Source: Eledone cirrhosa (Eukaryota). From it: DNA of 64,000 nt. The notes under the pieces are model-generated. The model made no database searches. It was not told where the DNA came from and worked only from the letters and a program-made list of their open reading frames with translations. The translations under genes were made by a program, and so were the position numbers. The stretch is taken from NCBI GenBank assembly GCA_964016885.1, contig OZ024743.1:251534001-251598000 (forward strand). Reading direction: 5' to 3'. Of this stretch, positions 41,823 through 56,800 are shown piece by piece. Positions within the stretch are counted from its first letter, which is position 1, and each line of letters begins with the position of its first letter.

Positions 41823-42003
41823 GCTACTACTACTGCTGCTGCTGCTGCTGCTACTACTACTGCTGCTGCTGCTACTACTACTACTGCTGCTACTGCTACT
41901 GCTGCTACTACTACTACTGCTACTACTACTACTGCTACTACTACTGCTGCTACTGCTACTGCTACTACTACTACTACTACTACTACTGCTACTACTACTA
42001 CTG

Positions 42004-42036
<33 letters not shown>

Positions 42037-42165
42037 ATACTACTACTACTACTACTGCTACTGCTGCCGCTACTACTACTGCTACTACTACTGCTACTGC
42101 TACTACTACTACTGATACTACTACTGCTGCTTCTACTACTACTACTACTACTACTACTTCTGCTG

Positions 42166-42236
<71 letters not shown>

Positions 42237-42243
42237 TCTGCTG

Positions 42244-42278
<35 letters not shown>

Positions 42279-42327
42279 ACTACTACTGCTGCTGCTGCTG
42301 CTGCTACTACTGCGGCTGCTGCTGCTG

Positions 42328-42371
<44 letters not shown>

Positions 42372-42534
42372 GCTACTACTACTGCTGCTACTACTACTAC
42401 TGCTGCTACTGCTACTACTACTGCTACTGCTACTACTACTACTGATACTACTACTGCTGCTGTTACTACTACTACTACTACTACTTCTGCTGCTACTACT
42501 ACTACTACTACTACTTCTGCTGCTACTACTACTA

Positions 42535-42602
<68 letters not shown>

Positions 42603-42630
42603 ACTACTACTACTACTACTACTTCTGCTG

Positions 42631-42680
<50 letters not shown>

Positions 42681-42698
42681 GCTACTCTTATTACTACT
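41823..42698. repeat. Mixed (CTA)n/(CTG)n trinucleotide microsatellite, ~875 bp
   Basis: Directly visible. Confidence 0.97.
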
Positions 42699-45085
42699 GT
42701 ATGTTGCTGTTGTGATTGTATTTGTAAATTACTGTTAATGTCGGCACATGTGGGTAGTTAAGAAATTTGCTTTGCAATCATGAACTTACATGTTCGATCC
42801 CACTATGTGACATCTTCAGTAAGTGTCTTTACCATATCTTTGGGTTGACCCAAACTTATGAATGAAATTGGGTGACAGAAACAGTGGAAGCCTGTCAGAA
42901 CGATTGTCTATGTAAATCATAGGTTCAGCCTTGTAATGTATTACTCCAGTTTTGACAATAAGCATCTAGTTGTTCAATCAACTGCATTTTCAACTTGTGA
43001 ATTAATGTGTAAGTGGTTGAGTATCCCACAGACACGTGTAACTTTAATTTAATTTTCAAGCAGAATCAGCGTGACATTATATGTCTTTGAATTACAAATA
43101 TACATTTGAATTACAGGAAGAGTCCATTTTGAAGACATCGAGAAAAGGTTGAATAACATCCATGAGCTCAGCTGGTCTCACTTGGGGATCTAGCTGGATC
43201 AATTGGAGACAGTTGCTTCTGACAGGACCTGCTGGAAGACATGCTTGAGGGCTCTGACCTCACAACCCTCCCAGGAATAAGAAGGCAGAGTCAACCTTGT
43301 ATTATAGTGTAAGGGGTTGAATATTCCACAGACATATTTACCCTGATTATAATTCTCAAACAGAATCAGAATGATATATTATGTGATAAAACTGGATCTT
43401 TGAACTCCAAGTATATTTCCATCTGTTAGTCTTTACCATCATCAGGATGGTGAACCAAACCTGTAATTATTATCATAGTGGATTGGCAGAATAGTTGAAG
43501 CTCAGAAAAAAATACTTTGCTATATTTCTTCTGGCTCTTTATGTACTGAGTTCAAATCCCATTGAGGTCAACTTTGATTTTTATCTTTCCCGGTTCGATA
43601 AAATTTAGTAGCAGTGAGGCACTAGAGTTAATTTAATCGACTTTACCATGCCACTAAAATTACCGGCCTTGTGCCTATGTTAGAAATCCTTATTATCATC
43701 TTGATCATCATCATTGTCATCACCATCATCATCATCTTCACCATCACCACAATCATTAGTATCATCATTATCATCACCACTATCATCGTCATAATCATTG
43801 TCATCATCATTATCGTCATAACCACCACCATCATTATCATCATTACATATTTATTATTATCACACATATTTATATCCATGAAGATGAAAGCATATTTAAA
43901 ACCAGGAAAAAAAAAATATAAAAAAAGCATTTTTATAAAAAGCACTCCAAACAAAACAACAAAACAACAACAACAACAATAATAATAATACTGTTTCATT
44001 TAAAAGATTTCCAATGCATTCTGAAGATTCCAACATTGGAAGTGTTTGACGCCAAAGTGAAATGGAAAATTCTTCATTGGAAATTAGTTCCTGTATAATT
44101 CTATTTGGAAGGAATGTTACCAAATAGCAATGTATCTTCGACTCATTGATTGCATTTAGAATTACAAGAGGAATAGTGCGATTCTATATAGAACTTTATT
44201 TATTTGAACATCTTTCTTTCATTCTTTTTTTTTCTTTTTCTTATACACCCCCTCCTCTTCTGACATCTAATATTGCCAGAGCCACAGGAAATGTTTTCAC
44301 CTCTTTAAGAGATGACGAACGTGTAGGGGGGGGGGGGAGTGCACACACACACACACACACACACAGACTGTATATATATATATATATATATAATGTATGT
44401 ATGTATGTGTGTGTTTTGAAAGAAATTGACAGAGAAAGAGAGAGAGAGAAATGAGTATGTATGCATCTTCTGGGGGTGTTAATGTTGAAGATAATGGTGG
44501 TAGTGTTGGTGATGTTGATGGTATTATGATCATCATGATAGTATGTTGAGATGGTGATGATGATGAAATAAGCCATAATGAACCTCATACATTCTTATTC
44601 TCTTTCATTACTTAGAAGTAAATCAATTCATATAACTCTTTTCCCTGAATGTATACATGCTTCCACTATCACCAACACTATTACCACCACCAACAACACT
44701 TCCATTATCATCATCATCATCATCATGCATTAGTTTTCAAATAATTGAAATAGAAATTTTAAAAAATGATGAAATCTGCTGCTACCATCTATGCAGGTTT
44801 AGGTGGCCTGCAATGAGCTTGCATCACAGAGAGAGTTTCTTAGGTGTTTTAATTATTGGGGGAGACCCTGTCATATCAGAAAAGACTGTGAAATGAAGCA
44901 TCTTTAGCAAGAAAATAATATGCTAACTGATCTGTGAAGCAAATCCAATGAACCTATGATCATGAGACTAAACCTTAACCACAAGGCCACAGGCTGGATA
45001 GATTTTATTTTATGATGGTGAGTCATAAGACTCAACCACAAGGCCATGGCTGGTGAAGTCTGAAACATAAAGATGCTTTCCCAAG

Positions 45086-45903
45086 TGGCAGGCTGTATGA
45101 TGCCTGCATACGAACAGCAATTTTACATGGCAGTGAGACTTGGGTATTGTGTGCAGAGGATATACGCAGACTGGAGAGGAACAAAGCTTGCATGCTCCGT
45201 TGGATGTGTAATAGTAATATACGTGAACGGCAAAGCATAAATGAACTAAGGGAGAAATTAGGAATAAGAGGGATCAGATGTTGTTTACTCGAGAGAAGAC
45301 TACGTTGGTATGGTCACTTGATGGGCATGAAAGACACAGCTGTATAAAAAAGTGCAGGCCGATAAAGATAGATGGTAGCCACGGAGTAGGCAGACCCAGA
45401 AAAACCTGGGACGACTTGATAAATTCCGACCTCACACACTTACACCTCTCCAAGACAATGTCACTGGACCAAGATCTTTGGCGCTACACAGTAATACAGA
45501 AGACCCATCTTGCCTAAGAACAAAGCGAAACCTACAGTCAGTAGGCACCTCTTAACAAAAATACACCCCCGTCCCACTACCCCCACCCCATCCACACCAC
45601 CCCTTTCAATGTAAAGTTATGTTGGTACCACAACATCCAGTCCGAAATAAATGAGGTCGTGTAGGTGTCACGACAAAAGAACACACATTCCACGCTGTGA
45701 TGTGGCCGTGTAGGTAACACGGTAAAAACCTCCCAGTCCACACTGTAAACGTGGTTGGTGTTAGGGAGGGCATCCAGCCGTAGAAAACCCACTATACTAG
45801 CAAGACAACCAATCTTGTCTCAAGTGGGAAAATTCCCGTCCAAACCCATGCAAGAGTGGAAGATGGAAGTTAAACGACGATGATGATGATGATGATGATG
45901 ATG
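45086..45903 (+). mobile_element. RTE LINE 3' fragment with (GAT)n tail
   Basis: GRLYDACIRTA..HGSETW...GRPRKTW plus 3' UTR, highly similar to 30675-31490. Confidence 0.92.
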
Positions 45904-47859
45904 AAGCATTGAACTAATATATTTCTTCATTACTGTGCTGTTTGGTTTGTTGTATCCATTTACATTTTGCATACACATACACTTGTATATATATATCTCT
46001 CTATATATATAGTACTGGTGTTACAATAGAATATATTCAGTAGAGTGCAGGGCCATGTGTAAGCAGGATTCAGGTCCCCCAGCCCATCTAAGAGGTTAAT
46101 AATCACAATTAAGTAATTTTTTGGTCTGTGAAAACTCTTCAAAACTTTGCTAGTGTTGGAAAATGGATATTAAATGATATATATATAAATATCATTATGA
46201 TTGTCAATTTAATGTCTGCTTTCCCTGCTAGCAACGGTTGGACGGGTCTATATAGATCAAGCCCATACTGAAGTGGAGCCACTGATCTCCCAAACAAGCC
46301 ATGGATCTGTGACTTGCTTATATATGGTTGCATGTTCCATTGGGTGCTCAGGAGTAGTTACTATGACTTAGCTACCACTGAGGGTCCTCCTAACCCTTTG
46401 TTTAGCAAGATGTCTATGGCTGGATGCCATCCTATCACCAACCACTTTACAGTACATACTGGGTGCATTTATCATGTAAATCACCAACACAAGGGAGGTT
46501 GTCTTGCCCTTGACATGATTAGAGAATCCTCTCGATCCTTTTTCTGGCAGGTTTTCTAGGACTGGATGCTCTTCCAATCACCAATATTCATATATTGTTG
46601 ACCCTCTTTTTGTGGACATTAGTTCATTTGCACTATGTGCTCCATGTAAATCCAGTAATACAAAATATTCATGGTGCCCCTCATCCCCTCATACTCTAAG
46701 CAGGAGCTTATTTTGCTTTATTGGTTAATCCAGCTTCAACCATGGGAATTTCACGGCACTAGTAGTGGTCCCTTGTCATCACCTTTCTGACATTCATAAT
46801 GCTGCGGTTAGCCTTTAGCCCTTCTTACCACATCTCACCAATTCCATGGCTTCTTTCCACTTGGAACTTCTGGCATTCCTTCCCCCAACTCTCATTACCC
46901 ATATCTATTACATGCCTGCACCATTGTAGTTTTCTCCCTGCCACACTACATATAATTCCTCTATTATCCAGTTTTCGTTTTCTCTTACATTTCATTCATG
47001 TACTTTGTCATTGCATATGTAGAGGTGTTGAATACACTTTTTATTCTTAATCCATCTTTTCTGTACCTAAACCCATATCACCATCAACACTTAACTCTTT
47101 TTCCCTGCTATACATATATATATATGTGTGTGTGTGGGGGGGGGGGTGTACACATAAAGATTCAGGAGGTTAAGTGCGAAAAAGTAGAATATATTCAAAG
47201 AACAAAAGAGCTCCCCCCCCACACACACACACATACACACAAAAAAGGAAAAAAAAACAATGGAAATTTCCCCACTATATTTAAGAACCAAATGTGGAAA
47301 CAGGGAATTAATAAACTTTGGTTCTTGTTAATGGAACAAACAAAAACTTAGTATTTTTACCAAAATTACTTTGGAATAACTTAGTGACATCCTTTAGAAA
47401 GAAGGCACTAGAAACACTTTCAAATTCATTTTCACACCCTTAAACTATATTCTGAACTATTTTCTACATTCTGTGTTTTCGGGGTATATTTTGTTTTTGT
47501 TGTTGATATTTTTCATCTTCCTACTATTGTTGCTACAGCTAATGTTGTTAATATTATTGTTTTTTAATCTTATTACTGATAATTTTGTTGTCACTAACAT
47601 TGTTGTGAATGTTGTTTTAAGTATTGTTGTTGATGTTATTTTAATGTGATTGCTGTTAATTTTTTTTTTGTTAACGTTGCTGTTGTTAATGTTGTTGCTA
47701 TTCTTAATTAAAAAAAAAAAATAATGTATGTCTTTTTTAGTGAGCTACAACAATGCAAACAGGACCTTAGCTCATAACATTACAATAACAAAGTTGTAAG
47801 AATGTTACCATTGAAGTTGTAAATTTTATTGTTGTTAATGTTGTTCTGAGTGACATTGT

Positions 47860-50800
47860 TGCAAATGTTGATGCTGCTAATGTTATTGTTGTTCCTGTTG
47901 TTGTTGCTGCTGTGGTTGTTGCTAATGTAGCTGTGGCTGTTATTGTTGTTGTTGCTATTATTGTTGTTCCTGTTATTGTTGTTGTTGCCAATGAGCTTGT
48001 TGCTACTAATGTTGTTTCGGTTATTGTTGTTGTTGTTGCCAATGAGATGTTGCTACTATTGTTGTTCCTGTTATTGTTGTTGTTGTTGCTAATGAGGTTG
48101 TTGCTACTATTGTTGTTCCTGTTATTGTTGTTGTTGTTGCTAATGAGGTTGTTGCTACGATTGTTGTTCCTGTTATTGTTGTTGTTGTTGCTAATGAGGT
48201 TGTTGCTACGATTGTTGTTCCTGTTATTGTTGTTGTTGCTAATGAGGTTGTTGCTAATATTGTTGTTCCTGTTATTGTTGTTGCTAATGTGGTTGTTGCT
48301 ACTATTGTTGTTCCTGTTATTGTTGTTGCTAATGTGGTTGTTGCTACTATTGTTTTTCCTGTTATTGTTGTTGTTGTTGCCAATGAGGTTGCTGCTAATA
48401 TTGTTGTTCCTGTTATTGTTGTTGTTGTTGCTAATGAGGTTGTTGCTACTATTGTTGTTCCTGTTATTGTTGTTGTTGTTGCTAATGTGGTTGTTGCTAC
48501 TATTGTTGTTCTTGTTATTATTGTTGTTGATAATGAGGTTGTTGCTACTAATGTTGTTTCGGTTATTGTTGTTGTTGCCAATGAGGTTGTTGCTACTATT
48601 GTTGTTCCTGTTATTGTTGTTGTTGTTGCTATTGAGGTTGTTGCTACTATTGTTGTTCCTGTTATTGTTGTTGTTGCTAATGAGGTTGTTGCTAATATTG
48701 TTGTTCCTGTTATTGTTGTTGCTAATGTGGTTGTTGCTACTATTGTTGTTCCTGTTATTGTTGTTGTTGCTAATGTGGTTGTTGCTACTATTGTTGTTCT
48801 TGTTATTATTGTTGTTGATAATGAGGTTGTTGCTACTATTGCTGTTCCTGTTATTGTTGTTGTTGCTACTATTGTTGTTCCTGTTATTGTTGTTGCTAAT
48901 GTGGTTGTTGCTACTATTGTTTTTCCTGTTATTGTTGTTGTTGTTGTTACCAATGTGGTTGTTGCTACTTTTGTTGTTCCTGTTATTGTTGTTGTTGTTG
49001 CTAATGTGGTTGTTGCTACTATTGTTTTTCCTGTTATTGTTGTTGTTGTTGCTAATGAGGTTGTTGCTACTATTGTTGTTCCTGTTATTGCTGTTGTTGT
49101 TGCCAATGAGGTTGTTGCTACTGTTGTTGTTCCTGTTATTGTTGTTGTTGCTAATGAGGTTGTTGCTACTGTTGTTGTTCCTGTTATTGATGTTGTTGCT
49201 AATGAGGTTGTTGCTACTATTGTTGTTCCTGTTATTGTTGTTGTTATTGCTAATGAGGTTGTTGCTACTATTGTTGTTCCTGTTATTGTTGTTGTTATTG
49301 CTAATGAGGTTGTTGCTACTATTGTTGTTCCTGTTATTGTTGTTGTTGCTAATGAGGTTGTTGCTACTGTTGTTGTTCCTGTTATTGATGTTGTTGCTAA
49401 TGAGGTTGTTGCTACTATTGTTGTTCCTGTTATTGTTGTTGGTGCTAATGAGGTTGTTGCTACTATTGTTGTTCCTGTTATTGTTGTTGTTATTGCTAAT
49501 GAGGTTGTTGCTACTATTGTTGTTCCTGTTATTGTTGTTGCTAATGTGGTTGTTGCTACTATTGTATTTCCTGTTATTGTTGTTGTTGTTGCTAATGCGG
49601 TTGTTGCTACTATTGTTGTTCCTGTTATTGTTGTCGTTGTTGCCAATGAGGTTGTTGGTACTATCGTTGTTCCTGTTATTGTTGACGTTGTTGCCAATGA
49701 GGTTGTTGCTACTATTGTTGTTCCTGTTATTGTTGTTGTTGCTAATGAGGTTGTTGCGACTATTGTTGTTCCTGTTATTGTTGTTGTTGCTAATGAGGTT
49801 GTTGCGACTGTTGTTGTTCCTGTTATTGTTGTTGTTGTTGCTTATGTGGTTGTTGCTACTATTGTTGTTTCGGTTATTGTTATTGTTGTTGTTGCTAATT
49901 AGGTTGTTGCTACTATTGTTTTTCTGGTTATTGTTGTTGATGCTAATGAGGTTGTTGCGACTGTTGTTGTTCCTGTTATTGTTGTTGTTGCTAATGAGGT
50001 TGTTGCTACTATTGTTGTTATTGTTGTTGTTGCCAATGTGGTTGTTGCTACTATTGTTATTCATGTTGTTGTTGTTGTTGTTCCTGTTATTGTTGTTGTT
50101 GTTGCCAATGTGGTTGTCACGACTATTGTTGTTGTTGCCAATGTGGTTGTTGCTACTATTGTTGTTCCTGTTATTGTTGTTGTTGTTGCTAATGAGGTTG
50201 TTGCTACTATTGTTGTTCATGTTATTGTGGTTGCTAATGTGGTTGTTGCTGCTATTGTTTTTCCTGTTATTGTTGTTGTTGTTGTTGCTAATGCGGTTGT
50301 TGCTACTATTGTTGTTCCTGTTATTGTTTTTGTTGTTGCCAATGAGGTTGTTGGTACTATTGTTGTTCCTGTCATTGTTTTTGTTATTGCTAATGAGGTT
50401 GTTGCTATTATTGTTGTTCCTGTTATTGTGGTTGTTGTTGCCAATGTGGTTGTTGCTACTATTGTTGTTCCTGTTATTGTTGTTGTTGTTGCTAATGAGG
50501 TTGTTGCTACTGTTGTTGTTCCTGTTGTTATTGTTGTTGTTGTTGTTGCTAATGAGGTTGTTGCTACTGTTGTTGTTCCTGTCATTGTTTTTGTTGTTGC
50601 TAATGAGGTTGTTGCTACTATTGTTGTTCCTGTTATTGCTGTTGTTGTTGCCAATGAGCTTGTTGCTACTCTTGTTGTACTTGTTATTGTTGTTGCTAAT
50701 GAGATTGTTGCTACTATTGTTGTTCCTGTTATTGTTGTTGTTGTTACCAATGAGCTTGTTGCTACTCTTGTTGTTCCTGTTATTGTTGTTGTTGTTGCTA

Positions 50801-53800
50801 ATGAGGTTGTTGCTACTATTGTTGTTCCTGTCATTGTTGTTGTTGTTGCTAATGAGGTTGTTGCTACTGTTGTTGTTCCTGTTATATTGGTTGTTGCTAA
50901 TGAGGTTGTTGCTACTATTGTTTTTCCTGTTATTGCTGTTGTTGTTGCCAATTAGCTTGTTGCTACTCTTTTTGTACTTGTTATTGTTGTTGCTAATGAG
51001 TTTGTTGCTACTATTGTTGTTCCTGTTATTGTTGTTGTTGTTACCAATGAGCTTGTTGCTACTCTTGTTGTTCCTGTTATTGTTGTTGTTGTTGCTAATG
51101 AGGTTGTTGCTACTATTGTTGTACCTGTCATTGTTGTTGTTGTTGCTAATGAGGTTGTTGCTACTGTTGTTGTTCCTGTTATATTGGTTGTAGCTAATGA
51201 GGTTGTTGCTACTATTGTTTTTCCTGTTATTGTTGTTGTTGCTCATGAGGTTGTTGCTACTATTGTTTTTCCTTTTATTGTTGTTGTTGTTGCTAATGAG
51301 GTTGTTGCTGCTATTGTTGTTCCTGTGATTGTTGTTGTTGTTGCTAATGAGGTTGTTGCTACTGCTGTTGTGCCTGTTATTGATGTTGTGGCTAATGAGG
51401 TTGTTGCTACTATTGTTGTTCCTGTTATTGTTATTGTTGCTAATGTGGTTGTTGCTACTGTTGTTGTTTCTATTATATTTTTGTTGCTAATGAGGTTGTT
51501 GCTATTGTTGTTGTTTCTATTATATTTTTGTTGCTAATCGGGTTGTTGCTATTGTTGTTGTTCCTGTTATTGTTGTTATTTTTAATGTGGTTGTTGCTAC
51601 TATTGTTGTTCCTGTTATTGTTGTTGTTGCTTATGTGGTTGTTGCTACTATTGTTTTTTCGGTTATTGTTGTTGTTGTTGCTAATGAGGTTCTTGCTACT
51701 ATTGTTGTTCCTGTTATTGTTGTTGTTGCTAATATAGATGTTGCTACTATTGTTGTTCCCGCTGTTGGTGTTGCCAATGTGGTCGTTGCTACTGTTGTTA
51801 TTCCTGTTATTGTTGTTGTTGCTAATTAGGTTGTTACTACTGTTGTTGTTCCTGTTATTGTTGTTGTTGTTGCTAATGAGGTTGTTGCTACTATTGTTTT
51901 TCCTGTTATTGTTGTTGTTGTTGCTCATGAGGTTGTTGCTACTATTGTTGTTCCTGTTATTGTTGTTGTTGCTAATGAGGTTGTTGCTACTGTTGTTGTT
52001 CCTGTTATTGATGTTGTTGCTAATGAGGTTGTTGCTACTATTTTTGTTCCTGTTATCGTTGTTGTTGCTTATGTGGTTGTTGCTACTATTGTTGTTTCGG
52101 TTATTGTCGTTGTTGTTGCTAATGAGTTTGTTGCTACTATAGTTGTTCCTGTTATTGTTGTTTGTTGCTAATGAGGTTGTTGCTACTATTGTTTTTCCTG
52201 TCATTGTTATTGTTGTTGACAATGAGGTTGTTGCTACTATTGTTGTTCCTGTTATTGTTGTTGTTGTTGCTAGTAAGGTTGTTGCTAGTATTGTTGTTCC
52301 TGTTATTGTTGTTGTTGATGCCAATGTGGTTGCTGCTACTTTTGTTGTTCATGTTATTGTTGTTGTTTTTGCAAATCTTGTTGTTGCTACTGTTGTTGTT
52401 CCTCTTATTATTGTTGTTGTTGCTAATAAGCTTGTTGCTACTGTTGTTGTTCCTGTTATTGTTGTTGTTGTTGTCAATGTGGTTGTTGCTACTATTGTTG
52501 TTCCTGTTATTGTTGTTCTTGTTGTCAATGTGGTTGTTGCTACTGTTGTTGTTCCTCTTATTGTTGTTGTTGTTGCTAATGAGCTTGTTGCTACTGTTGT
52601 TGTTCCTGTTATTGTTGTTGTTGTTGCCAATGTGGTTGTTGCTACTGTTGTTGTTCCTGTTATTGTTGTTGTTGCCAATGTGGTTGTTGCTACTATTGTT
52701 GTTCCGGTTATTGTTGCTGTTGCCAATGTGGTTGTTGCTACTATTGTTGTTCCTGTTATTGTTGTTCCTGTTATTGTTGTTGTTGCCAATGTGGTTGTTG
52801 CTACTATTGTTGTTCCTGTTATTGTTGTTGTTGTTACCAATGAGCTTGTTCCTACTATTGTTGTTCCTGTTATTGTTGTTGTTGTTGCTAATGAGGTTGT
52901 TGCTACTATTGTTGTTCCTGTCATTGTTGCTAATGAGGTTGTTGCTGCTATTGTTGTTCCTGTCATTGTTGTTGTTGTTGCTACTGTTGTTGTTCCTGTT
53001 ATTGTTGTTGCTAATGTGGTTGTTGCTACTATTGTATTTCCTGTTATTGTTGTTGTTGTTGCTAATGCGGTTGTTGCTACTATTGTTGTTCCTGTTATTT
53101 TTGTTGTTGTTGCCAATGAGGTTGTTGGTACTATTGTTGTTCCTGTTATTGTTGTTGTTGTTGCCAATGAGGTTGTTGCTACTATTGTTGTTCCTGTTAT
53201 TGTTGTAGTTGTTGCTAATGAGGTTGTTGCTACTATTGTTGTTCCTGTTATTGTTGTTGTTGCTAATGAGGTTGTTGCGACTGTTGTTGTTCCTGTTATT
53301 TTTGTTGTTGTTGCTTATGTGGTTGTTGTACTATTGTTGTTTCGGTTATTGTTATTGTTGTTGTTGCTAATGAGGTTGTTGCTACTATTGTTTTTCTGGT
53401 TATTGTTGTTGATGATAATGAGGTTGTTGCGACTGTTGTTGTTCCTGTTATTGTTGTTGTTGCTAATGAGGTTGTTGCTACTATTGTTGTTATTGTTGTT
53501 GTTGCCAATGTGGTTGTCGCTACTATTGTTATTCATGTTGTTGTTGTTGTTGTTCCCGTTATTGTTGTTGTTGTTGCCAATGTGGTTGTCACGACTATTG
53601 TTGATCCTGTTATTGTTGTTGTTGCCAATGTGGTTGTTGCTACTATTGTTGTTCCTGTTATTGTTGTTGTTGTTGCTAATGAGGTTGTTGCTACTATTGT
53701 TGTTCATGTTACTGTGGTTGCTAATGTGGTTGTTGCTGCTATTGTTTTTCCTGTTATTGTTGTTGTTGTTGTTGCTAATGCGGTTGTTGCTACTATTGTT

Positions 53801-56800
53801 GTTCCTGTTATTGTCTTTGTTGTTGCCAATGAGGTTGTTGGTACTATCGTTATTCCTGTTATTGTGGTTGTTGTTGCCAACGTGGTTGTTGCTACTATTG
53901 TTGTTCCTGTTATTGTGGTTGTTGTTGCCAATGTGGTTGTTGCTACTATTGTTGTTCCTGTTATTGTTGTTGTTGTTGCTAATGAGGTTGTTGCTACTGT
54001 TGTTGTTCCTGTTATTGTTGTTGTTGTTGCTAATGAGGTTGTTGCTACTGTTGTTGTTCCTGTCATTGTTTTTGTTGTTGCCAATGAGCTTGTTGCTACT
54101 GTTGTTGTTCCTGTTATTGATATTGTTGCTAATGAGGTTGTTGCTACTGTTGTTGTTCCTGTTATATTGGTTGTTGCTAATGAGGTTGTTGCTACTATTG
54201 TGTTTCCTGTTATTGCTGTTGTTGTTGCCAATGAGCTTGTTGCTACTCTTGTTGTACTTGTTATTGTTGTTGCTAATGAGGTTGTTGCTACTATTGTTGT
54301 TCCTGTTATTGTTGTTGTTGTTACCAATGAGCTTGTTGCTACTCTTGTTGTTCCTGTTATTGTTGTTGTTGTTGCTAATGAGGTTGTTGCTACTATTGTT
54401 GTACCTGTCATTGTTGTTGTTGTTGCTAATGAGGTTGTTGCTACTGTTGTTGTTCCTGTTATATTGGTTGTTGCTAATGAGGTTGTTGCTACTATTGTTT
54501 TTCCTGTTATTGTTGTTGCTAATGAGGTTGTTGCTACTGTTGTTGTTCCTGTTATTGTTGTTGCTAATGAGGTGGTTGCTACTATTGTTTTTCCTGTTAT
54601 TGTTGTTGTTGTTGCTAATGAGGTTGTTGCTACTCTTGTTGTTCCTGTTATTGTTGTTGTTGTTGCTCATGGGGTTGTTGCTACTATTGTTTTTCCTTTT
54701 ATTGTTGCTGTTGTTGCTAATGAGGCTGTTGCTACTATTGTTGTTCCTGTGATTGTTGTTGTTGTTGCTAATGAGGTTGTTGCTACTGTTGTTGTTCCTG
54801 TTATTGATGTTGTGGCTAATGAAGTTGTTGCTACTATTGTTGTTCCTGTTATTGTTATTGTTGCTAATGTGGTTGTTGCTACTGTTGTTGTTGCTACTGT
54901 TGTTGTTTCTATTATATTTTTGTTGCTAATGAGGTTGTTGCTACTGTTGTTGTTTCTATTATATTTTTGTTGCTAATCAGGTTGTTGCTATTGTTGTTGT
55001 TCCTGTTATTGTTGTTATTTTTAATGTGGTTGTTGCTACTATTGTTGTTCCTGTTATTGTTGTTGTTGCTTATGTGGTTGTTGCTACTATTGTTGTTTCG
55101 GTTATTGTTGTTGTTGTTGCTAATGAGGTTGTTGCTACTATTGTTGTTCCTGTTATTTTTGTTGTTGCTAATATAGATGTTGCTACTATTGTTGTTCCCG
55201 TTGTTGGTGTTGCCAATGTGGTCGTTGCTACTGTTGTTATTCCTGTTATTGTTGTTGTTGCTCATGAGGTTGTTGCTACTATTGTTGTTCCTGTTATTGT
55301 TGTTGTTGTTGCTAATGAGGTTGTTGCTACTGTTGTTGTTCCTGTTATTGATGTTGTTGCTAATGAGGTTGTTGCTACTATTGTTGTTCCTGTTATCGTT
55401 GTTGTTGCTTATGTAGTTGTTGCTACTATTGTTGTTTCGGTTATTGTTGTTGTTGTTGCTAATGAGTTTGTTGCTACTATGGTTGTTCCTGTTATTATTG
55501 TTGTTGCTAATGAGGTTGTTGCTACTATTGTTTTTCCTGTCATTGTTATTGTTGTTGACAATGAGGTTGTTGCTACTATTGTTGTTCCTGTTATTGTTGT
55601 TGTTGTTGCTAGTGAGGTTGTTGCTACTATTGTTGTTCCTGTTATTGTTGTTGTTGATGACAATGTGGTTGCTGCTACTTTTGTTGTTCCTGTTATTGTT
55701 ATTGTTTTTGCAAATCTTGTTGTTGCTACTGTTGTTGTTCCTCTTATTATTGTTGTTGTTGCTAATAAGCTTGTTGCTACTGTTGTTGTTCCTGTTATTG
55801 TTGTTGTTGTGGTCAATGTGGTTGTTGCTACTATTGTTGTTCCTGTTATTGTTGTTGTTGTTGCCAATGTGGTTGTTGCTACTGTTGTTGTTCCACTTAT
55901 TGTTGTTGTTGTTGCTAATGAGCTTGTTGCTACTGTTGTTGTTCCTGTTATTGTTGTTGTTGCCAATGTGGTTGTTGCTACTATTGTTGTTCCTGTTATT
56001 GTTGTTGTTGTTACCAATGAGCTTGTTGCTACTATTGTTGTTCCTCTCATTGTTGTTGTTGTTGCTAATGAGGTTGTTGCTGCTATTGTTGTTCCTGTCA
56101 TTGTTGTTGTTGTTGTTGCTACTGTTGTTGTTCCTGTTATATTGGTTGTTGCTAATGAGGTTGTTGCTACTATTGGTTTTCCTGTTATTGTTGTTGTTGT
56201 TGCTAATGAGGTTGTTGCTACTGTTGTTGTTCCTGTTATTGTTGTTGTTGCTAATGAGGTTGTTGCTACTATTGTTGTTCCAGTTATTGTTGCTGTTGCT
56301 AATGAGGTTGTTGCTACTATTGTTGTTCCTGTTATTGTTGTTGTTGCTAATTAGGTTGTTGCTACTATTGTTGTTCCTGTTATTGTTGTTGCTAATGTGG
56401 TTGTTGCTACTATTGTTGTTCCTGTTATTGTTGTTGTTGTTACCAATGAGTTTGTTGCTACTATTGTTATTCTTGTTATTGTTGTTGTTGTTGCTAATTA
56501 GGTTGTTGCTACTATTGGTTTTCCTGTTATTGTTGTTGCTAATGAGATTGTTGCTACTGTTGTTGTTCCTGTTATTGTTGTTGTTGTTGCTAATGAGGTT
56601 CTTGCTACTATTGTTTTTCCTGTTATTGTTGTTGTTGCTAATGAGGTCGTTGCTACTATTGTTGTTCCTCTCATTGTTGTTGTTGTTGCTAATGAGGTTG
56701 TTTGTACTGTTGTTGTTCCTGTTATTGATGTTGTTGCTAATGTGGTTGTTGCTACTATTATTGTTCCTGTTATATTTGTTATTGCTAATGAGGTTGTTGC